64,000 nt of DNA from Octopus bimaculoides (GCF_001194135.2 NC_068992.1:61046289-61110288), one strand, 5' to 3'. Shown: positions 38,380 through 51,714, counted from the first letter of the stretch. Numbers and translations: made by a program. The notes: generated from the letters alone by a model not told the origin.

Positions 38380-38815
38380 CTTTTAGCCATTTGCTTGTTT
38401 CACTTATTGGACTGTGGACGTGCTGAGGTGCTGCCTGGAAGAGTTTAGTTGAACAAATTGACCCCACAACATTTTCTTTGTAAAGCCTGGTACTTATTCT
38501 ATAGGTGTCTTTTTGCCCAGCCCATGCTAGCATGGAAAGTGGACGTTAAACAATGATGATGATGATGACTAAGTTACAGGGATGTAAACAAAGTCACACT
38601 GATTATTAAGCATTGTAGGGGACAAACACAAAGGCGCACAATATTTGGATGCTACAAGCTTCTTTTAGTTTCTGTCTATCAAACCCACTCACAAGGCCTT
38701 GTTCAGCCTGGGGTTATAGTTGAAGACACTTGCATAAGGTGCCATACAGTGGGGCTGAACTCAAAACCATGTGGTTGGGAGGCAAGCTTCTTACTACACA
38801 GCCAAGCCTGTGCCT
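38380..38815 (-). mobile_element. SINE-A copy carrying a 48-nt insert
   Basis: Family motifs; insert at 38521-38568. Confidence 0.75.
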
Positions 38816-39261
38816 AGCTGTTGAGGAATTTAAAAATTTCTTGATGTGTGATAGATTTGTGAAATACAGTTGGCATTGATTTTACTTATTTATATGATAC
38901 TATCAGAATCTTGGCAGGCCATATCTGTTACAAACATTTGTCACCCAAGTTTGCAAATATAATTGAGAAAGAGTTGAACATCACACAGTCTCTTCATTTT
39001 TCCAACATTTCATTACGAAAGTTATTAAAGACTGCATTTTTAATATCAAAAAATAAAAGTTATTGTATTGAGTTAATGTGTGTATCTTGACCATGTGGAA
39101 TTTATTAGTAAAAACAGACGATGCCTAATTTTGTAGAATTAAACATTATGCTATATTAGCAAGCTATTAGTATTTAATTACTGTTTGAGTGTATATAAGA
39201 AATTATCAGACACGACTGTATTGCCTGTCTACATATAATATAAATGAATACAAATTTCCAG

Positions 39262-39322
39262 ATGTGATTGTAGATGATCAAGTTTCAATGTATCATTGTA
39301 AAAAGACACTCTTGCATGCAAG
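39262..39322 (+). CDS. Candidate internal exon, 61 nt, phase 1 to 2 ((D)VIVDDQVSMYHCKKTLLHA(R/S))
   Basis: aaatttccag|ATGTGA...GCAAG|gtaaca; one open frame; unique sequence. Confidence 0.35.
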
Positions 39323-39582
39323 GTAACAAGAAATTGCATATGTGTCTCAGCACTTGTTCAGCTAATTTACTGATAATAGTATGCTTTATAATCTGTTTTT
39401 CTTTTCATTGGAGCATCGCTAAATAACATGAAAGGATAAGAAATTCTCTCTACATAGATTGACCTGTTAGAAATAAAAGCCAAATCTCCTTTAAGTTACA
39501 CTATCCCAGTGGCTTATTGTCTTTTTTCTGTCTAAAGCACATAACCTAGTTGTTATGGTATTGCACTCATGTTCATAAGATT

Positions 39583-39850
39583 CATCATCATCATCCTTCA
39601 ACATCCATTTTCCATGCTGGCATGGGTTGGGTAGTTTGGTCAAGCTGGTAAGTAGGAGAGCTGTACCAGGTTTCTGCCTGATTTGACTTGGTTTCTACTG
39701 TTGGATACCCTTTTTAATGCCAACCGCTTTACAGAGTGTACTGGGTGCTTTTTATGTGGCACTGGCATGGGTGCTATTACGTGGTGCCAGCACAGGTGTT
39801 ATTATGTGGCACCACCATCAGTGCCTTTTATGTGGCACTGGCACAGGGCT
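39583..39850 (-). mobile_element. SINE-C copy with about 4 internal ~26-bp units
   Basis: catcatcatc tail, ttccatgctggcatggg, repeated tttatgtggcactggca. Confidence 0.75.
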
Positions 39851-40379
39851 CTTGCAGGCCAGTCCTCTTCAGCTGTGGTTACAATTCCTGAACAGGGCAG
39901 TGCATTGTGCTCTTGAACAAAACGCTGTACTACTTTGGCATGTGATCTACAAGGGAGATTACTTTAGGTTACTTTTTAGCTTACTTTTCGATTTTTAAAA
40001 ACCCATAAGATGTTGGCTAAAGACGTTTACAATGTGATCATCAACGAGACAAAGGCAGTTGTATTTTTACAAGAAATCAGCACTAAATTCACATCATTTC
40101 TTAAGAAAAAGAAAGGTGCCATTTGGCATGTAATCTACAATTTAAAGGTAGATTACTTTAGGTTATTTTTTTTATGAATTATATTTAAATCAGTATAATA
40201 GAAAAAAGTAATCTCCCTCTTAGATCACATACCAAAGCAACACTCAAAACATTTTATTTCATACTGCTTCAGTGGGGAGTGTTGTTATCTTAATTATGCA
40301 CCATGAAAACTGGGTCCAGCTCTGGCCTCATGAGTTCTGGAGCTCATTGCAGACCTAAGTAAAGTCTCCAAGAAAGGGG

Positions 40380-41200
40380 GTTGTTCTTATATAATCTTTG
40401 CAGACTTTTCAAGAATGGTGAAACTGATTCCATTAATATTCCTTTTGAATAGTTGCAAATTGACATTTACAGGAAAGGAATTTTTAAGGATCATCATGCT
40501 AGGGAGAAAGCACAGGATGTAGTGGTTTGTGTAAGGCCTGGTTCGTGATGTGGACACTTGTGGTTGGTGAGAAGAGATGAGTGAGATGAGAGTGCTAGAA
40601 TGGAACTGGTGTGCGACCCACTGGCTGTGAGAATTGCCCTTTCTAGTAGTGGTAGAGAAAGCAGTGATGAGACACAGCACATCGATGGGATAGAGGCTTG
40701 AGTATGTTGGTTAGTGACTTCATGACAATTAGTTAAGTGGCCTTTCTTTAGAATTCTTTAGATGAAGTCTAAGATGTCTCTGTGCATTAACAGCAGCACT
40801 GGCAATGCCTCCTTGGTGTGGTAGATGTATTCCATTATAAGTCACACTCGCATTTTGTAAAGGGTTAGTACTTGGGTAATGAAGTATTTTCTGGGTCGGT
40901 CTTTGAGATAGTGTTTGCTGTGTTGGGAATATGAGTCGATGAGGAGAGAACCTTAGTAATAGTGAATCCTAGAATTTGAAGTAATTTTTAGGGTTCCAGT
41001 TATGTGCTGTTTAGGACATAGGGGGTTGAAGTGAGATAATGTTTTTGCAGTATGTGAAGTGATTGAAGTTTTTTGTTGCTGAAAAAGAGAAGATATAGGT
41101 ATAGCTCTTGATGTACTAAAAGCCAAATTCAAAATGACTTGAATGCTTTTGATCAAGGGCCACCTTGATTTAGATCTGGTGTGGGGTAAACAATAACAAT
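40380..41200 (-). mobile_element. Degenerate Penelope-like RT
   Basis: Remnants NASVTYNG...QGGIA (FTFNG..Q..G.AMG) and STSRTRPYTNHYILCF (TSVYRKPT..YL.F). Confidence 0.45.
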
Positions 41201-42585
41201 GTCTTCTTGCTGTGTATCTAGAGTAACTCAGCCCTGGCAGAGCCCATCCTTCTCAAAGCTATACATTAACATACATGGTTGTATTTGAACTTGGCATTGC
41301 AAGCTAGTGAAGCTTTTCTGTTCTGTATATCCAATCAGTACAGAGCCAACATAAGACATCTATGGAGGTTTATAAGCCTTAAAAATTCACTCTGAAACTG
41401 CCTATGGGTATAGCATAGTGGATAAAGGTGCTAGTTAATGCAGTGCAGTCACCTAGAGGTTTGAAGTTCAATCTCAGGTAAAGCACTGTGGTGACTCACA
41501 GAATACCTGAAAAAAGCTGGAGCATACACAACTGAAACGTAATGAAAGCAACAACCATTGCCCTGACTAATGCAAAATATAGTGAAGCTTTTGTTTATGA
41601 CACAAAACTTTTAAGGATCTAAGTAATGGAATCGGTAAAATATATTGTTATAGCAGACTGAAATAAGTATTAGGGGTTGATATGATCTAAAAGTGGTGAG
41701 GAAAGAAGTCCTCCTTGAAAGAAGTCCTCCTTGAAAGAAGTCCTCCATCGTGGCTACAGTCTAATGACTGAAACTTGTAAATGAAGAGAAAAGAAAACAT
41801 GTCCATGTGATAGTGTTCCTCACAATTATCTATTTACCTAATTGCACTCGGAAGATTTTGGTAGATTTGAGCTGAGGTTATGGTTGGGAACACTTTTCTG
41901 AAGTTCTGTGCAGTATGATCAAACTTGTGTTCTCATGATTGTGGAAGAAACTTGTGAACCATTCAGCTATGCATAAACAAACATACTTGCACACACAACT
42001 TTTTCACAACATTTCCATTATATAAAATTGTTTTCAATATACAGACAAGGACAGTAAATTCTTAAAACAAGAACAGCATTTATATATTTTAGGTTCTTAT
42101 CTTCAATTGAAGTTTACTGAGTGCACTTCATGCTTGTGTATGTTTGTGTGCATGCATTTATAAGTTGTATGTAGTTATATATACTAATATAAATACAAAC
42201 GTCCATACATTATGTATGTATATGCTATATATGTACATAAACATTCATTTTTCAGTTTTCATATGAAACCAGAATTTCGAGATTATTTATTTATGTGCTG
42301 TTTGTATCTTAGAGTGGAAATACAAAATCATTTTTGTCTGTTCTGAATGAGAGAAAGCTCTAAGGGGAGGTCATTAAGGCTTGGCAGAGAGATTTTTTTA
42401 ATGCATTTGACAGTTGGCATTAACATACATTGATTACTTATCTGAAATCATGAATGTGAAAAGGAAATTTTATATCTAAACACAGTGCATATCTCTAATA
42501 CACACACACACATTATCTTTTACTTGTTTCAGCCATGCTGGGGCACCACCTTCAAGCATTTTAGTTGAACAAATTGACCTCAGTA

Positions 42586-42996
42586 CCGTATATACTTGGC
42601 TATAAGTCGCACTTTTTACCCTGAAATTTCACCTAAAGTTGCAGGTGCGACTTATAAGCTTATTCTATAAAAAAAATCTTCAGATATTTTCTAGGTACAA
42701 GCCATGTCTGAAGTTCCAACACTTGGAATAACCGAAACGGATAAAGTTTTATGTTATAAACAACAGTTTTTAAAATGCATGGACTTAATGGGATAACAGT
42801 TGTAAATCATCTTCAGCTTACTGAAAGCTTGGTTACCAATCAACAACTATGTCAGCATGATTCCTAATCAAACTTTGCTCTTTAACATCAAAAACGTTGT
42901 TGTGACCTATAGTTGGGCCAATGATAAAATTCCCGATTCGAACCTTGTCTTTTAGGCAAGGACATATATGGTACTTATAGGCAAGGGTATATATAG
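42586..42996. mobile_element. Tc2/pogo-type MITE (about 410 bp) inside a SINE-A 3' half
   Basis: TA|CCGTATATACTTGGCTATAAG...CTTATAGGCAAGGGTATATATAG|TA; subterminal ataagtcgcac/gtgcgacttat inverted pair; host SINE resumes on both sides. Confidence 0.75.
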
Positions 42997-43374
42997 TACT
43001 TATTTTTTAAAATCTGATACTTATTCTGTCAGTTTCTTTTGCTGAACTGATAAGTTACAGGTATGTAAACAAGCCAACACTGGGAGTCAAGCAAGCGGTG
43101 GTAAGGGGACAGACACAGACACAGCATATACAGGTATATACTTATGCACATGTTGATTATATATATATATATATATATNNNNNNNNNNNNNNNNNNNNNN
43201 NNNNNNNNNNNNNNNNNNNNNNNNNNNNNNNNNNNNNNNNNNNNNNNNNNNNNNNNNNNNNNNNNNNNNNNNNNNNNNNNNNNNNNNNNNNNNNNNNNNN
43301 NNNNNNNNNNNNNNNNNNNNNNNNNNNNNNNNNNNNNNNNNNNNNNNNNNNNNNNTATATATATATATATATAT

Positions 43375-43514
43375 ATTTGTTACTCTTTAACAAGAATAGT
43401 ATTGACTGTGACTTTGAAGTTTTGGCTAGGTAAGTCATCATTGGACAGTCTGATGTTAGCTGGCTGAAATTTCAAAGTCATTGTCAATACTAGTCTAGTT
43501 AAAGAATAACAAAT
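43375..43514. repeat. Imperfect 140-bp palindrome (arms about 55 bp)
   Basis: atttgttactctttaacaagaatagtattgactgtgactttgaag versus the reverse complement of the right arm, atttgttattctttaactagactagtattgacaatgactttgaaa. Confidence 0.9.
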
Positions 43515-43573
43515 TTGTGCTCTGCCGAATATATTGAGTAATCCTTCAATTTGATGTAAAATTATTATAACAT

Positions 43574-43609
<36 letters not shown>

Positions 43610-45139
43610 TATTGGTTTCAAATCTTGATGCAAGGCCAGCTATTATGTGGGAGGGATAAGTCAATTACGTTGACCCCCAGTATTCAACCGGAACTTATTT
43701 TATCAACCGCCAAAAGAATGAAAGGTAAAGTCAACTTTGGTGGTATCTGAACTCATAATGTAAAGACAGAGCTCATCTTTTATATATATATAATAATACA
43801 TACACATAGCAGTTTTCTACTAGTTTCTGTGAATTAGAAGTATTTTGACTCACCATTTTTTTTCATAATTACTTTCAAACTAATAGTTTTAATAAAATAA
43901 TTGATAATTCACTATAAGGTTCAATATCCAGACATAATTTTGTTTTATTACAATATTTTGGTCATAAAATATGTGTGTAAGTTGATGACATGCTAAGCCT
44001 TTTCATACATGCAACTCTATCACTTGGTAAGCATGGCAACATCTGTAGGTGGGAAACCTCTTATCTAAATCAATGCAAAATTTGAAGCTTCACAAACTGA
44101 AATATTGAAATTAGCAATGTGTATGTGTGATGGAATATGAACAGCCCCTTCCTTTCCTTTGCCTTCTTCACACTCCTTCTCCTCTTTATCTTTTCTCCTT
44201 TCTCTTTCTTTCTCCTCTTCCTCCTTCCTTCTCTTCATGATCAGCATCATTTTATTTCTTATTTTCATGCAGGTATAAGTTGGGTGGACTGTTACAATCC
44301 AGATCAGGTTTTGGATTGTTACTGCTCTCCTAGATGGGCTAGAGGACCAAATATAGCTTATTTGTTTTGGCTTGGTTTATACAACTGGATACCCTTCCTA
44401 ACACTAACAATGTTACAGAGTGTACTGGGTAATTTTATTGTAGTACCTGCATAAGAGGGGTTGTCATGTCCTTGACAAGACTAAAGAGACTGTACTATCT
44501 GATATTGTCTCTATTCACCAGTCCTCTCATCCTCCCACAGAGAGTACTAGGTGTATTCTATTGTGACAATATTAGAAATTGCCTTGACTCCTACAAGACT
44601 AAATGATCTTATCTATGTTGTTGCCATGATTTCCAGGCAGATATGACAGAGAGAGAAAGAGTTGATCAAGAGAGTGAAAGTAAGGGTGTAAGTATGATGG
44701 GGGAAAACAGTGATAGAAGTGAGAGGATGGTTGGGGAGGGAGTAATGGAAGACACAGTGGTCATCACATATAATATTAGAACATGTATAAATATATTGGC
44801 ATAAAACAAGATGCATATCAATGTGTGATATTCTGTTACTGAACAAGATCAAAAGAAATTGCATTTTGTGACAACCATGCCCAGCTTACTACTTTCTGCA
44901 CTTGATGCATCATAACGAAGCCTCTATTTTCAAGTGCCTGAGTCAAAATGACTCAAGACAATTGAAGTTTAAGAAATGTAAATGAATAATTACTACCATG
45001 ATGATATGACAAAAGTGAGTCAGAAATACTGTTTTTGTTTTGTGGTTTTATTTTTTAATTAAAGTCACCTAGTTATCTATGACACAGAAATTACAACAAA
45101 TAGAACATGATGATGATGATGATGATAATAATAATAATA

Positions 45140-45830
45140 ATAATTTCTATTGATACAAGGCCTGAAATTTTCAGGGAGGGGTCTTGTCAATTACATTGAC
45201 CCTTGTATTTGACTGGTATTTATTTTATCGACCCTGAAAGGATGGAACTCAAAATCATCTTGGTGAAATTTGAACCCTGAACGTAAAGATGGCAAATTGC
45301 CATAAAGCATATTGCCTGATGTGCTAGCAATTCACCAGCAATAAAGCAATGACTGAGACCTTCAGCAATATACCATGCTTGAGAAGAAGACCCAGTTTGA
45401 ACTCATAATGTATAGACAGACAAAATGCTGCCATACATTTTATCCAGTGTGTTAACGATTCTGTCAGCTTACCTTGATTATAATGATAATAATAATATCA
45501 AATTTTGTCACAAGGCCAGCAATTTGGGGTAGGGGGTAGATCAATTACATTGACTTCAGTGCTCTACTGGTATGTATTTTATCAACCCCAAAAGGATGAA
45601 AGGCAAAGTTGACCCCGATGGAATTTGAACTCAATGATTTCTAACAAGCATAAGGACAGAAATTTGAAGGAAGAAATATAGTTGATAAATTACCCCTGTA
45701 CTTGATTGGTACTTTATGTATTGAGTACAGTGAGATGAAAACAAGATTGACCTCAATGAGACTTTATCTTCGAACACAGAGAGTGAGGACAAATACCAGA
45801 AGTCAATTCATCCAATATTCTAAGGGTTCA
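45140..45830 (-). mobile_element. Cluster of about 4 SINE-B copies
   Basis: Repeated gaaaggatg / tttgaactca motifs separated by aataat runs. Confidence 0.7.
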
Positions 45831-46330
45831 TCTAATTAAAATAAGGCAGATCAAGGCTAATTGGCCAGAACCATTGATGTGACAAATGTAGTTTGCCTTC
45901 TAGGTAAACTACAATAATAATGAACTCCGCTAAAGGCACTGAAGGGCAAGGTAGTGGTGTTAATCTGAGAGGAATTAAGTTTATCATGGCTTTTTTTTTT
46001 ATCAGGGATGATCTGGGCCTGAACAACAGTCACAATAATCAAATATGTTAAACTTTTTCCTTTAATCTTCTATGCAAGTTCTAAAGATCTTGATTCTTGA
46101 CATTTAAAGTGTTTCTTGTTCATTCATATTACATGCTTAAGCCACTGCAGTCAGTTGAGCAGAAAGCCTTATGCTTACGAATTAGTTAAAGGCAGGAATG
46201 TCTTTCTTGGCCAATTGACTTCTGTTGCTTCAGGGAAAGGGCTTGGGTTTAAGACGAAGCAAGAATAGCGCTCAGCTGTGGAACATTAATTCTTCAATAA
46301 AACCATGAATAAGATATAAAACAATTTCTG
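45830..46330 (-). mobile_element. Degenerate pogo/Tc2 transposase remnant
   Basis: EFIIIVVYLEGKL resembles RFTVVL..ADG.KL (DDE_1); SCL..IRKH / S.RLTAVA resembles the end of the CENP-B-type HTH; 46100-46230 is homologous to 49140-49270. Confidence 0.45.
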
Positions 46331-47539
46331 TGAAAATAGTGATCCATTGTTTGTTATGGAAAATACATTGTAAATGAAAAACAAGTTTTCCATTCATTCA
46401 TTCACTCATTCACTTGGTTAATTTAATAATGTTGAAGATAAATCAATGAGAATATTTATTCTGAAAGATATTGCTATTATCTTCTTGGCAGTTAATTAAA
46501 TAAAATCCTATAGTTGTGCATCTGTTTCCAAGGAACACACTTTTTTGCATCGTCAGTTTTCAACAGGCAATTTTGATTCAAACGAATCTACTCTGAAAAA
46601 TTTAATTTCTGTCTCTCTCGTGCATACACAGGTATTTAGATATGTGTTACATAAATGTCAATTTATATATATATATATATATATAGCTTTCTAAATTAAG
46701 AGGGTGTGGCTAATTGCTGTTGGTGTAATTATATTTTGTCTTCATCATCCTCATTTTCATCATTTTATATCCATTTTCTGTGCTGGCATGAATAGGACAG
46801 TTTGCCAGGATTCAATGGGACAGAGGGCCAAGTCTTGCCTCAATGCTTCGTTTTTGGTATGATTTCTATGGCTGGATGCCCTCCTAACATAAACTAAAAT
46901 ACTTACGTATTGAGTGAATTTTTTCATGGCACCAGCACTACAGATGTTGCCTTGCCATCAGTCAGCATGACTAAAGAGTTCTCTAAAGCCCTGCTTTGTT
47001 GCTGCTCAAATCAATTACTAATCAGTTGTAAAGTGTACTGGGTTTTATTGTGACACCAGCATTGTTGTAGTTGCCTTGCAGTTTGCAAAGCAAAGGAAAG
47101 CCCCCACCCTTCCTGCTGATCGATAGATCAGGCTTATTGTGACAAGTTCGTAATGGAGAAACATGGAGAAACATAATGGAGAAACATAACAAAGGGGACA
47201 GTGTTGGGGTAAGAGTAACAGACAAAAGAAAGGGGAAGGGGAAGAGTAATGTCAGGGATTAGTATGATGGAGAGGGTGATGGGGAAAAATGATGACGGGG
47301 TGGGTAATCCGTCTGCCATACCCTGTTGGTATAGCTGATCATCTGGGTCCAAGACGTTTCTTATTGGAGTTACACAGGTTTATTTTTGATGGAACATGAT
47401 GGGGAGGATGAACAGTGTGGAGGAGGAAAAGTGGAAATTAATGTGTGGGGATTAGTGAGAGAGAAAGTTAATGATAGGATAATGGAGATAGTTGAATAGG
47501 AAGAGATGCAATGCTACCCCACATTACACATTAATGATA

Positions 47540-47755
47540 CCGGTGTTGGTGAGTTTACCTTCTCATAACTTAGTGGTTCAACGAAAGAGACTGATAAAGT
47601 ACCAGGCTTAAATAAATAAGTACTGGAGTTGATTCATCCGACTAAAAATTCTTCAAGGCTGCAGCACGGTCCCAGCCTGGTCCCAGCCTGGTCCCAGCCT
47701 GGTCCCAGCCTGGTCCCAGCACAGCCGAAGTCTTATGACAGAAACAAGTAAAAGG
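47540..47755 (+). mobile_element. SINE-A 3' half with an 11-bp internal tandem expansion
   Basis: (ggtcccagcct) x4.8 at 47668-47720. Confidence 0.75.
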
Positions 47756-48344
47756 TATATAAAGATATCAACATCCAGACTGACATGTGCATGGACACAC
47801 ACACACACAAAAATGTGTACAGCCACATATGCACTCAGAATCAAAATTATTCTAGAATTTGATCTTCTTGCATAACTTAAATGTTTCTACATGTGGTGTG
47901 AAAAAGAAAATGCAGATAAAACATTCAAACACAGAAAAAAAAAAAAAGAGTGGAAATGTAGAAATCTTCAAACTCTTAAGAAAACACATCTTAAGAACAT
48001 GATTAAAACAGCTGACATGTTTACCTTCGTTAATTGTGACCAATAGCAAATGTCCTGTTTGCTTTCTTTAATTCTCATCAAAGAATTTAATTTTATATGC
48101 TTGCCTCACCTTACTATATTTGTCTGGATTGTGTAGATTTAAAAATATAACATTAATTATATGTATTTTTAGAACAGGTTTTCTTTATTTTTAAATAGTT
48201 CTCACCTATTTAAATGGATATATAGTATCTACTTTTAAACTAAATTTGTAAAGTAAATCATTTAGTGTGTGGTAGTATTATTAACAAACTCTGTTTTCAC
48301 ATCATCTTAAAGAGGTTTACGTAAGAAGTATAATGGTGTATCCT

Positions 48345-48690
48345 CTTTTATCTTTTACTTGTTTCAGTAACTGGACTGTGGCCATGCTGGGACATTACCT
48401 TGAAGGGTTTTAGTCAAATGAAGCGACCCCACTACTTTTTTTGTACTTATTTCCTTGGTCTCTTTTGATGAATTATTAAGATATGGGGATATAAACAAAC
48501 CAACACTGGTTGTCAAGCAGTAGTGGAGGACGCATACACACACATGTATATGACGGGCTTCTTTCAGTTTCTATCTACCGAGTCCACTCTGAAGATTTTG
48601 ATTGGCCTGGGGCTAAAGTAGAAGACACTTGAGTAAGGTGCCATGCAGTGGGACTGAACCTGGAACCATGCGTTTGGAAAGCAAATTTTT
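48345..48690 (-). mobile_element. SINE-A copy
   Basis: Family motifs. Confidence 0.8.
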
Positions 48691-49045
48691 CACCACACAG
48701 CTATGGCTGACAGTGCATTTCTTTTGTATTGTATAATCAGGGGTAGGGGCAGTGCCTGTGTCCTTTTTCAGGGCTGTTGATACTACTGGGCGGGAGGAAG
48801 ATATCCTCAAATTGGAGGTCAGGCCCGAATGCTCACAACAGAGTTAACTCTTATGGACTATCAGTGACCAGGTGGTGGCACTGGTGTTAAATTAGGTGAG
48901 AAATTAAATCTATCACCCAAGTAGGCCACAACTGGATTTGAACTCAGAATACAAAATGCCAAAACAAATACAGCAAGATATCCTGTCCAATGCTCTAATG
49001 ATTCTACTGGTTCACCACTCTAAACTGGTACTGTTGCTTTCCAGG

Positions 49046-49390
49046 TGGATGCAGTAAATATTCAAGCATCATCAAGATAGTGATGGTGCTTGAATGTTTC
49101 CATTTATTGAATAGATGTAACTTTGTAACATTCTAACATTAGATATCTTGGTTCATAGGATTTAAAGTGTTTCTCATTCATTCATATTACATGTTTAAGC
49201 CACTGCAGTCAGTCGAGCAGAAAATCTTGTTTGTCGATAAATTTAAGGCAGGAGTATCTTTCTTGCCATATTAACTTTCCAAATTTTGCTGCATTCCAAA
49301 GCTGTCTTGGTGCATAAATCAACAAAACTTATTTGGCTTTAAATTTTGGTCTGAAAAGTTCAATTTTTATGCAGGGGAAATACACTACTT
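49046..49390. mobile_element. Old Tc2/pogo-type deletion derivative
   Basis: Left hairpin attcaagcatcatc/gatggtgcttgaat; right end resembles those at 54770-54950 and 63760-63919. Confidence 0.4.
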
Positions 49391-49859
49391 TTAGTGACCC
49401 TTAAAAGACAAAAGGCAAAGTTGACCTTGATGGGATTTGAACTCAGAATATAAGAAACTAGAATAAATACCACAAGGCATTTTGTCTGATCTGGTAATGA
49501 ATCTGGTCCATTAGATGAAAATAGTTGAGCACAAGTGACTTGAAAAAGTGATTAGCCATTAAAAGTAACATCAGGTACATGCAAGTTGTGCAGCCATGTT
49601 GGTTTGGGCATGAAATACAAATGGTTGATGTACTGAGTGAGTGAAAAATTGCTATGAATTCACAATCGAGGTAGTTCTGCATTTTACAAATGATGGTGAT
49701 AATGCAAGATTGAGACATGTCCCCATCTCACATCATCATTTATTACACACTCATCAAACCAATGTGAATATAGATAAATTGGATGTTAAAATATGGATGA
49801 GGGTGTTGACTTTAGTGCAGTGAACAATACTGAATGAAAAAGACTTTTACGTTTTTTTT

Positions 49860-50280
49860 CTCTTCTCCTACTCCTTCTTCTCCTCTCTCCTCCTACTCCT
49901 TCTTCTCCTCTCTCCTCCTACTCCTTCTTCTCCTCTCTCCTCTTACTCCTTCTTCTCCTCTCTCCTCTTACTCCTTCTTCTCCTCTCTCCTCCTCCTTCT
50001 TCTCTCTCCACTTACTCCTGCTTTTCCTCTTTCCTCTTACTCCTTCTTCTCCTCTCTCCTCTTACTCCTTCTTCTCCTCTCTCCTCCTACTCCTGCTTTT
50101 CCTCTCTCCTCTTACTCCTGCTTTTCCTCTCTCCTCTTACTTCTACTCCTCTCTTCTCTTACTCCTGCTTTTCCTCTCTCCTCCTCCTCCTACTCCTTCT
50201 TCTCCTCTTTCCTCTTACTCCTTCTTCTCCTCTCTCCCCTGCTTTTCCTCTCTCCCCTTACTCCTTTCTCTCTTGTTTCT
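49860..50280. repeat. Pyrimidine-rich ~25-bp minisatellite tcttctcctctctcctcttactcct
   Basis: Direct reading; explains most of ORF 49834-50700. Confidence 0.9.
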
Positions 50281-51560
50281 TTTCTTTTATTTCTCTTCCT
50301 ATGCTTCTTCTGTTATGTCTCTTTTAATTCTATTTCTTTTTCATTTCTCCTCCTACTCATTTTCTCACTTATTTCATCTCTCCTCCTACTTCTATTCTCT
50401 CTTACTGATTTAATTGGGGTTCTGCATTTAAGCTATTATTGGTGGTTCAGTCTATCATTGTTTGCTGGTTTGGTAGGGATCACGATTCATTATTTGCATT
50501 TCATTATTGATCACTATTTAGGGATTCCTCAAAAAATAAAACAAACTCCCATTTGCTCCATTGATTCATTATTGGCAAACCAACAAGAATTATTGTTTGT
50601 CAATTCCATAGGTACCATACTTGACTCCTTACCAACAAATTCAGTAGAAAGTCTCAGTATTTGTCTGTTGTCAAACAAAATCAATAGAGGGAACTATTGA
50701 TGTACTATCAGAAATTTATTTAGGATCAATATTCTATTGATTTAATAGAAACCATACGTGTCTAGTTTGTAAAACAGTCAGGGTTCAGTTAGAGTTGTTG
50801 TTTAGCCATATGGCAATTCTGACCAAGAGGACCTGCTACTATAGACAATCCACCCGTGGCCATCACTGCTTTTCTGTATCCAAGATTAAAGTTAGTCTAT
50901 GCCAGTTTCACCAGTGTATCCAAGCTCTGGTTTGCATTGGTGACACACAACATCAGTTCAATCCATGTTAAATTCATTATATATGAAATTAATTCCAGTT
51001 GCCATATCAGTTAGTTTGCCAGAGTCACTGAAGGAGACTCTATACAATTACTTGACTCACTAGAAACAATCGCCAAGTCTCCCTCAAATTACACCCTAGT
51101 GTCAAAAAAAAAAAAAAAAAAGCCTGGAAGAAAATAATGAAGTGCTTAGGTAATGTGGTTTTGGATATATTATTGAGAACTAAAAAAAGAAAACGGATAG
51201 GATGTTCACAGATGGAATGCTTTTGATAATAGGTATGTTCCTTAAGGGCTGTCCTGGGATTAAATAATTTTTCTATTTTTATAATAAATTTTGAGAAACC
51301 AGTTTCATTACTTCATTACTACACTTCAGGCCTTGATTAGTTTCACTCATTTCTATACCTCAGGCTCTGATTAATCATTAAGCAAAATAAGTACATGCTA
51401 AAGTTACCAAAGGACCAAAAAAAACATTACAGGTTTTTGTTGTCTCAGTGCCAGATTAACTATGGTTTAAAAGGTGCCACTGAACCAGTGAGTCACAAAA
51501 GTGTTGAGAATTAGCATGTTTTTTTTTTTAATGCTCTAATTATAAATTATAGTTATAACT

Positions 51561-51714
51561 GTGGTTTGGCAAACAGAAACAGATAGAATAAGTACTAGGC
51601 TTAAAAATGTAAGAGCTGGGGTTGGTTTATTTGACTAAAACCCTTGGAAAGAGGTGCCCCCAGCTTGGCCACAGTCCAATGACTGAACCAAGTGAAAGGT
51701 AAAAGATAAAAGAT
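51561..51714 (+). mobile_element. SINE-A 3' half
   Basis: Family motifs; tail-to-tail with the next copy. Confidence 0.75.

Noticed and set aside
39262-39322. Calpain assignment (DVIVDD)
   Set aside because: Lacks the conserved LP after DD, and no following FW..LLEKA exon was found.
46100-49270. Duplicated ~130-bp segment reading FKVFL(V/I)HSYYM(L/F)KPLQSVEQK on plus, suggesting paralogous exons
   Set aside because: One copy has a stop and a frameshift; both lie in pogo/Tc2 remnants whose minus strand better explains the similarity.
49834-50700. 288-aa ORF resembling a membrane protein
   Set aside because: About two-thirds is a C/T minisatellite that cannot contain stops; the unique tail has no recognisable motif and has splice-like sites on both strands.
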